DNA of 59,432 bases from an uncultured Saprospiraceae bacterium. GTDB lineage: Bacteria; Bacteroidota; Bacteroidia; Chitinophagales; Saprospiraceae. Where the stretch lies: assembly GCA_964352225.1 (NCBI GenBank), contig CAYGRM010000004.1, positions 1-59,432 of the forward strand, written 5' to 3'. How positions within the stretch are numbered: position 1 is the stretch's first letter; each line of letters starts with the position of its first letter. Position numbers and translations under genes: made by a program. Below are positions 54,596 to 59,432 of the stretch, piece by piece. The notes under the pieces are model-generated. The model searched no databases, was not told the DNA's origin, and was given only the letters and a program-made list of their open reading frames with translations.

Positions 54596-56329
54596 ATGGC
54601 AGACAAGTTTGGAAACTCCCTAGTTAAGGATCAATTAATCCTTGACCATCCAGCAAGTTTATTTGTATTGTTTTTCACCGAGATGTGGGAACGATTTTCA
54701 TATTATGGTATGAGAGCTTTATTAGTTCTCTTCCTTACAGCTTCCCTTATGGATGGCGGTTATGGATGGGAAAGAAGTAATGCATTAGAGCTTTATGCCC
54801 TTTACACAGGATTAGTATATCTGACTCCATTATTGGGAGGAATTATAGCTGATAAAATCATGGGATATAGAAAAGCTGTTGTTTTAGGTGCATTTATTAT
54901 GGCAGTTGGGCATGGATGTATGGCTATTGAAGCTATTCCCGCTTTCTTTTATGCAGGTTTAACTTGTTTGATTATTGGAAATGGTTTATTCAAACCAAAT
55001 ATTTCATCCATGGTTGGGCAACTCTATAAAGATGATGAATCTAAAAAAGATTCTGCTTATACTATCTTTTACATGGGAATTAATGCCGGTGCCTTTTTAG
55101 GGATTTTGCTTTGTGGATATATTGGTGAAAATATTGGCTGGAGTTATGGCTTTGGGTTGGCAGGTATTTTCATGCTGTTAGGAATGTTACAATTTTGGTT
55201 TGCTCAAGATATTTTTGGAGACATTGGATTAACACCAAAAAAAGAAACTGTTGAAGAGGATAAATCTTCTACCAATGATGTTTCCACAAATGGAAGTTCA
55301 AGACTTGGTATGTGGGCAGCTATCGGTTTAGTAATAGCTGCAATTATCTATTTTTTAATTCCAAAAGATGCTGCCGCTCCACTTCTAAGTGTTGTTAATA
55401 AAAATTATATCCCTCCTTTCTTATTTGGTACAGTTACAGCCATTGTAGGATTTATTGTAACTGATCCTTCCTTAACTAAAGTAGAAAAAGACCGAGTTTG
55501 GGTTATCATTATTTTAACTTTCTTCACTATTTTCTTTTGGTGGGCATTTGAGCAAGCTGGTGGTTCTATGACAATCTTTGCAAATGATTACACCAATAGA
55601 GACTTAATAGGGAGTGGTGCAATGATATTTAAAGTCGTCAATACAGTTCTAACTGTAGGTTCACTTGGGGTAATTACTTGGGTTTTATTTAAATTATTCA
55701 ATGTTACTTTCAGTCAGATAAGTACTTCAAATATTATTCTCGGACTTAGTTTTGTAATTATTTGGGGAATTGCAATTTGGATGTTAGGCAGAGAGTTTCA
55801 AGATACAAAAGCTCAAGTTCCTGCTTCTTGGTTCTCTATTCTTAACTCCTTCTTTATCATTACAATGGCTCCAGCTGTTTCTAAGTTTTGGGAAAAAGGA
55901 ATTATCACCTCAGGCCCAATCAAATTTGCTATGGGCTTAATGATTTTAGGGCTAGGATTTGGTATTTTAGCTTGGGGAGCTAATGGTATTCCACAGGGTG
56001 CAAAAACAGCTTCAGTTAGTATGATTTGGTTAGTTCTTGCATACTTTTTCCATACAACAGGTGAATTATGTGTATCTCCAGTTGGGCTTTCTTATGTAAG
56101 TAAATTAGCTCCTGTTCGATTGATAGGATTAATGTTTGGAGTTTGGTTTATCGCCAACTTTATTGCTAACTGGGCAGGTGGAATGACAGGTAGTTTTATT
56201 GATCAAATTGTTGAATCTACAAATATGTCTACCTTCTTCTTAATTTTTACTCTTATCCCAATTGGTGCAGGTGTTGTGCTAATTTTGATAAAAGGATTTA
56301 TGAAGAAGATGATGCATGGTATAGATTAA
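54596..56329 (+). CDS. proton-dependent oligopeptide transporter (POT/PTR2 family), longer paralogue
   Basis: 577 aa with the same FTEMWERFSYYGMRALLVL signature. It carries an extra central loop and helices. Confidence 0.9.
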   Translation: MADKFGNSLVKDQLILDHPASLFVLFFTEMWERFSYYGMRALLVLFLTASLMDGGYGWERSNALELYALYTGLVYLTPLLGGIIADKIMGYRKAVVLGAFIMAVGHGCMAIEAIPAFFYAGLTCLIIGNGLFKPNISSMVGQLYKDDESKKDSAYTIFYMGINAGAFLGILLCGYIGENIGWSYGFGLAGIFMLLGMLQFWFAQDIFGDIGLTPKKETVEEDKSSTNDVSTNGSSRLGMWAAIGLVIAAIIYFLIPKDAAAPLLSVVNKNYIPPFLFGTVTAIVGFIVTDPSLTKVEKDRVWVIIILTFFTIFFWWAFEQAGGSMTIFANDYTNRDLIGSGAMIFKVVNTVLTVGSLGVITWVLFKLFNVTFSQISTSNIILGLSFVIIWGIAIWMLGREFQDTKAQVPASWFSILNSFFIITMAPAVSKFWEKGIITSGPIKFAMGLMILGLGFGILAWGANGIPQGAKTASVSMIWLVLAYFFHTTGELCVSPVGLSYVSKLAPVRLIGLMFGVWFIANFIANWAGGMTGSFIDQIVESTNMSTFFLIFTLIPIGAGVVLILIKGFMKKMMHGID

Positions 56330-56349
56330 GTTCTTCTTTTCATATAAAA

Positions 56350-56386
56350 AGAAACCCTCAACCCACCCGTTGGGGGTTTCTTTTTT
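56350..56386 (+). terminator. rho-independent terminator
   Basis: agaaaccctcaac-ccacccg-ttgggggtttct followed by a T-run. Confidence 0.75.
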
Positions 56387-56409
56387 CCAAAAATAAAAAG
56401 CAAAAAAGC

Positions 56410-56898
56410 ATGACCACCGAAAGAGTTTCTACCCAAAATGATTTCAAAGCAAATTACATTATTTACTATGCTCTAGTTGCAGGGCAAGTGTTAATCGCTC
56501 TCGTCGTTAGTTATTTGTTGATAGGTTCTGAAATAACTTTTGATTGGGATATGAGTAATCCATTTCATTTGATTGCACCTATTTTTATCTTGAGTTGTAT
56601 CTCGATGAGTTCATTTTTGTTCACTAAAAAAATGGAAGAAGCAAAAAGTATAACGGGTCTTTTCCCTAAATTAGAGCATTATCGAAGTGCGATAATTTTA
56701 CGAAGTGCGATAATGGAAGGAGCGAATTTGGTTTGTATTATGATCTTTTTTTTAGAACAAAACTATTTCTTCTTGCTTTTATTCTCTATTGGCTTGGGAG
56801 TATTTTTATTGGTTAGACCGTCGGAAGAAATGTTTAGAGAAAAATATAGATTGACTGAAGAGGAGAGGGTAAAATTTCGAAAAATGATTCAGCGATGA
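56410..56898 (+). CDS. hypothetical membrane protein
   Basis: 162 aa with four predicted TM helices. Confidence 0.5.
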   Translation: MTTERVSTQNDFKANYIIYYALVAGQVLIALVVSYLLIGSEITFDWDMSNPFHLIAPIFILSCISMSSFLFTKKMEEAKSITGLFPKLEHYRSAIILRSAIMEGANLVCIMIFFLEQNYFFLLLFSIGLGVFLLVRPSEEMFREKYRLTEEERVKFRKMIQR

Positions 56899-56947
56899 AC
56901 TAGGAGTCAATAAGTGATGAGTCCTTATCGTAAAAAAACTCATCACT
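56894..56947. repeat. hairpin element (gtgatgagt words) between convergent genes
   Basis: agtgatgagt (56913-56922) pairs perfectly with actcatcact (56938-56947). The left part, 56894-56924, is about 85% identical to 59210-59240. Confidence 0.7.
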
Positions 56948-57290
56948 AAAATTCAAGTCCATCCTCCAAATCTTCCAACTCCGTTTTCCCATATTCTTGT
57001 TTAATTTTAATCCTCAATTTTTGTCTTTCCAAAATCAAATGTGCCAAACCAATATTAGGTGCAATCAACGCTTTTGGCGAAAGCGCCAATCTGATTTTTT
57101 CTTCATCAATATCTAATCGATACATTAAACTCAATAAAAAATCCAAACGATACTGCATCATGTAAGCCACTTGATCAGCCAACATTTCAAATAATTCTTG
57201 CTCCGTAGGTTTTTTATCACCAAGCACCATTTCGAAATCTCGGGCGATGAGTTCTGTCGTTTTTTCGGTAAAATCTTCTTTTTCTTCCAA
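56946..57290 (-). CDS. hypothetical cytoplasmic protein
   Basis: 114-aa ORF, acidic and helical. No motif recognised. Confidence 0.5.
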   Translation of the reverse strand: MEEKEDFTEKTTELIARDFEMVLGDKKPTEQELFEMLADQVAYMMQYRLDFLLSLMYRLDIDEEKIRLALSPKALIAPNIGLAHLILERQKLRIKIKQEYGKTELEDLEDGLEF

Positions 57291-57387
57291 ATTTTAATTG
57301 TTGATTGGATGATATTTAAATACAAAAAAATTCCATGTGTTTCCCGACATTTGAAAATCATTCGCTCAAAAATCAGAATTATAACTC

Positions 57388-57395
57388 TATCTTTG
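57388..57395 (+). promoter_or_regulatory. candidate -7 box TAtcTTTG
   Basis: Matches TAnnTTTG 21 nt upstream of ATG 57416. Confidence 0.45.
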
Positions 57396-57415
57396 CGCAA
57401 ACAATTACCGATTAC

Positions 57416-58174
57416 ATGGATCATCAAATTTATCAATCTCTGAACGAAGCAAAGCAAAAAGGCGAAAAAAAATTCGTGGTTTTAATTGACCCGGATAAAG
57501 GAAGTCTTAAAAATTTGCAAGCAACGGTGAACCTTTCTATCGAAGCAAAGGTTGATTATTTTTTTATCGGAGGAAGCTTAGTGGTCAATAATATGCTAGA
57601 TCATACGCTGCAAACGATCAAAAAATCATGCGATATACCATTGATATTATTTCCAGGAAATAATTCTACGCAACTCAGTTATCGTGCAGATGCTTTACTT
57701 TTTCTTTCCTTAATTTCAGGTCGGAATGCTGATTTGTTGATTGGAAAACATGTCATCTCTGCTCCATATTTAAAAATGAGTCCTTTAGAAATTATTTCCA
57801 CAGGTTACATGTTGATTGATGGAGGCATACCTACAAGTGTTTCCTACATTAGTAATACTTACCCAATTCCAGCGATGAAAGATGATATTTCATTGTGTAC
57901 GGCATTGGCTGGTGAAATGCTCGGTTTGAAATTAATTTACATGGACGCAGGAAGTGGGGCGCTTAATCCAGTTTCGGAATCAATGATCCATGCCGTAAGT
58001 TCTGCAGTAAGTATTCCATTGATTGTAGGAGGAGGAATTCGAACTCCAGAGAAAGCTTATCAAAATGTCAAAGCAGGAGCGGATGTTATCGTTGTAGGAA
58101 ATGCCATTGAAAAAGATCCTAGCTTGATTAAAGAAATGGCAGCAGCTATTCACGAACTCAACCATGTTACGTAA
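57416..58174 (+). CDS. geranylgeranylglyceryl / heptaprenylglyceryl phosphate synthase family protein (PcrB-like)
   Basis: FVVLIDPDK, YFFIGGS, IYMDAGSG and VGGGIRTPEKA motifs. The start is moved to ATG 57416, downstream of the -7 box. Confidence 0.8.
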   Translation: MDHQIYQSLNEAKQKGEKKFVVLIDPDKGSLKNLQATVNLSIEAKVDYFFIGGSLVVNNMLDHTLQTIKKSCDIPLILFPGNNSTQLSYRADALLFLSLISGRNADLLIGKHVISAPYLKMSPLEIISTGYMLIDGGIPTSVSYISNTYPIPAMKDDISLCTALAGEMLGLKLIYMDAGSGALNPVSESMIHAVSSAVSIPLIVGGGIRTPEKAYQNVKAGADVIVVGNAIEKDPSLIKEMAAAIHELNHVT

Positions 58175-58175
58175 C

Positions 58176-58222
58176 AGGACTTTTCAAGTCCCGAGTATTT
58201 TTTACGGGACTTGAAAAGTCCC
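58176..58222. repeat. double-hairpin palindrome
   Basis: aggacttttcaagtcccg / cgggacttgaaaagtccc form 17-bp perfect arms. Each arm is also self-complementary (ggactt-ttc-aagtcc). Confidence 0.8.
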
Positions 58223-58251
58223 GCTAGGTAGATTATTAAAATAAATAAACT

Positions 58252-59199
58252 TTGCAAAAAGGAATAGTTATAAAATCAACAGGAAGTTGGTACCAAGTTA
58301 GACTCGAAAATGAGGAAGAGTGGAAATGTCGAATCATAGGTAAATTTCGATTAGATGGCATGAAAGTGACCAATCCTGTTGCTGTTGGTGATGAGGTGGA
58401 AATCGAAATTGAAGACGAAGTAGAAGGAACTGCAATCATCAAAAAAATCTTACCTCGTCGAAATTATGTCATTCGACAATCTCCTCGAAAAAAACATTTT
58501 TTACATTTACTTGCTGCTAATGTGGATCAAGCGATGGTCATTGTTACGATTATTGAACCAATGTTGAAACAAGGCTTTATCGATCGATTTCTGCTAATGA
58601 CAGAGCCATATAATATTCCTACCGTCATTGTTTTTAACAAAGCAGATCTGTATGGCGAAGATGAGTTGGCGATCTATGATTACATGAAAGCTATTTATGA
58701 AAATATCGGTTATACGGTTATTTTAGTTTCTGCAACTGAAAATATTGGTAAGGAAGAATTTAAAGCAGTTTTAAAAGATAAAACTACTTTAATCGCAGGT
58801 CAGTCAGGTGTTGGGAAATCTACTTTGGTCAATGCTATTCAACCTCAATTGGATCTGCGAGCATTCGAATTATCTGATTACTCAGGCAAAGGACAACACA
58901 CCACAACCTTTGCTGAAATGTTCCAATTAGATTTTGGTGGAGCAATTATTGATTCTCCTGGCATTAAAACCTTAGGGTTTAACCATTTGAAACCAAGTGA
59001 TGTGGTTCATAATTTTAGAGAGATTTTTAAAGTCTCGCATGAGTGCAAATTCAACGATTGCACTCATCGAAATGAACCTCATTGTGCCGTAAAAGAGGCA
59101 GTCGAAAATGGAGAGATTAGTGAATTACGATTTGGAAATTATCTTCAATTGCTAGATGAAATTGAAGATCAAAATTACTGGGAAAGACATAAAGGATGA
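58252..59199 (+). CDS. rsgA: ribosome small-subunit-dependent GTPase A (TTG start)
   Basis: 315 aa. OB-fold N-terminus (GIVIKSTGSWYQV), NKADL, GQSGVGKST, and zinc finger CKFNDCTHRNEPHCAV. Confidence 0.9.
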   Translation: MQKGIVIKSTGSWYQVRLENEEEWKCRIIGKFRLDGMKVTNPVAVGDEVEIEIEDEVEGTAIIKKILPRRNYVIRQSPRKKHFLHLLAANVDQAMVIVTIIEPMLKQGFIDRFLLMTEPYNIPTVIVFNKADLYGEDELAIYDYMKAIYENIGYTVILVSATENIGKEEFKAVLKDKTTLIAGQSGVGKSTLVNAIQPQLDLRAFELSDYSGKGQHTTTFAEMFQLDFGGAIIDSPGIKTLGFNHLKPSDVVHNFREIFKVSHECKFNDCTHRNEPHCAVKEAVENGEISELRFGNYLQLLDEIEDQNYWERHKG

Positions 59200-59209
59200 T
59201 TTTTTGAGT

Positions 59210-59240
59210 GATGAACTATGAGTGATAAGTGATGAGTTCC
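59210..59240. repeat. solo copy of the gatgaacta.gagt..taagtgatgagt word block
   Basis: It matches 56894-56924 with about 4 differences. No complementary arm is seen downstream. Confidence 0.6.
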
Positions 59241-59284
59241 GAGTATGGAAAATTTAAACATATAATTTTAAATAAAAAAAGAAA

Positions 59285-59432
59285 ATGGCAGTCAACAGAA
59301 AAATATATAAAAGTAGGAGAGAAAAATATAATCGGGATAAACGAAATTTTAAACTCGTTTTCTTCTTCGCGATGATCGCACTAATTGACCTTTTTATAAA
59401 AAACAGACAAAAGATTACAGATTGGTTCTTAG
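59285..59432 (+). CDS. possible small membrane protein, 3' end outside the window
   Basis: ATG at 59285. Basic N-terminus followed by a hydrophobic helix (LVFFFAMIALIDLF). The frame is still open at the window edge. Confidence 0.25.
   Translation, partial: MAVNRKIYKSRREKYNRDKRNFKLVFFFAMIALIDLFIKNRQKITDWFL

Overview
AT-rich chromosomal window that looks like Bacteroidota, probably Flavobacteriales. The signals are T9SS type-A and type-B C-terminal sorting domains, a SprB-type repeat, TAnnTTTG -7 promoter boxes, no Shine-Dalgarno sequences and a PcrB/GGGP-synthase homologue. Most of the window is housekeeping: polA, ligA, lpxD, ruvC, greA, hpt, rsgA, tRNA-Gln(UUG), a two-component pair, an ECF sigma factor and two tandem POT peptide transporters. 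Four things stand out. (1) A 7.5-kb gene (3436-10989) encodes a secreted protein of about 25 Ig-like modules with a type-B T9SS sorting domain. It sits between a roughly 1.1-kb gene-decay region containing a frameshifted DUF2779 remnant and a tRNA-Gln with a degraded flank. (2) A co-directional three-gene outer-membrane module (38244-47198) combines a 1212-aa plug/barrel TonB-dependent-receptor-like protein with no SusD partner, a 1360-aa signal-peptide protein with no motif I recognise and a T9SS-CTD-like end, and a PorV/FadL-like barrel. This is my best candidate for an uncharacterised system. (3) At least ten long palindromic or inverted-repeat elements sit exactly at gene boundaries. They are relatively GC-rich and built from short tandem words. 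They include a 180-bp near-perfect palindrome, a perfect 34-bp inverted repeat bracketing 223 bp, and a 24-nt inverted repeat bracketing a promoter. (4) Smaller oddities include a T9SS cargo protein with a single CxxCH motif, a KirBac-type K+ channel and a CotH/lamin-tail protein. I found no CRISPR array, rRNA, transposase, integrase or recombinase gene. All functional calls rest on motifs read by eye and none has been checked against a database.
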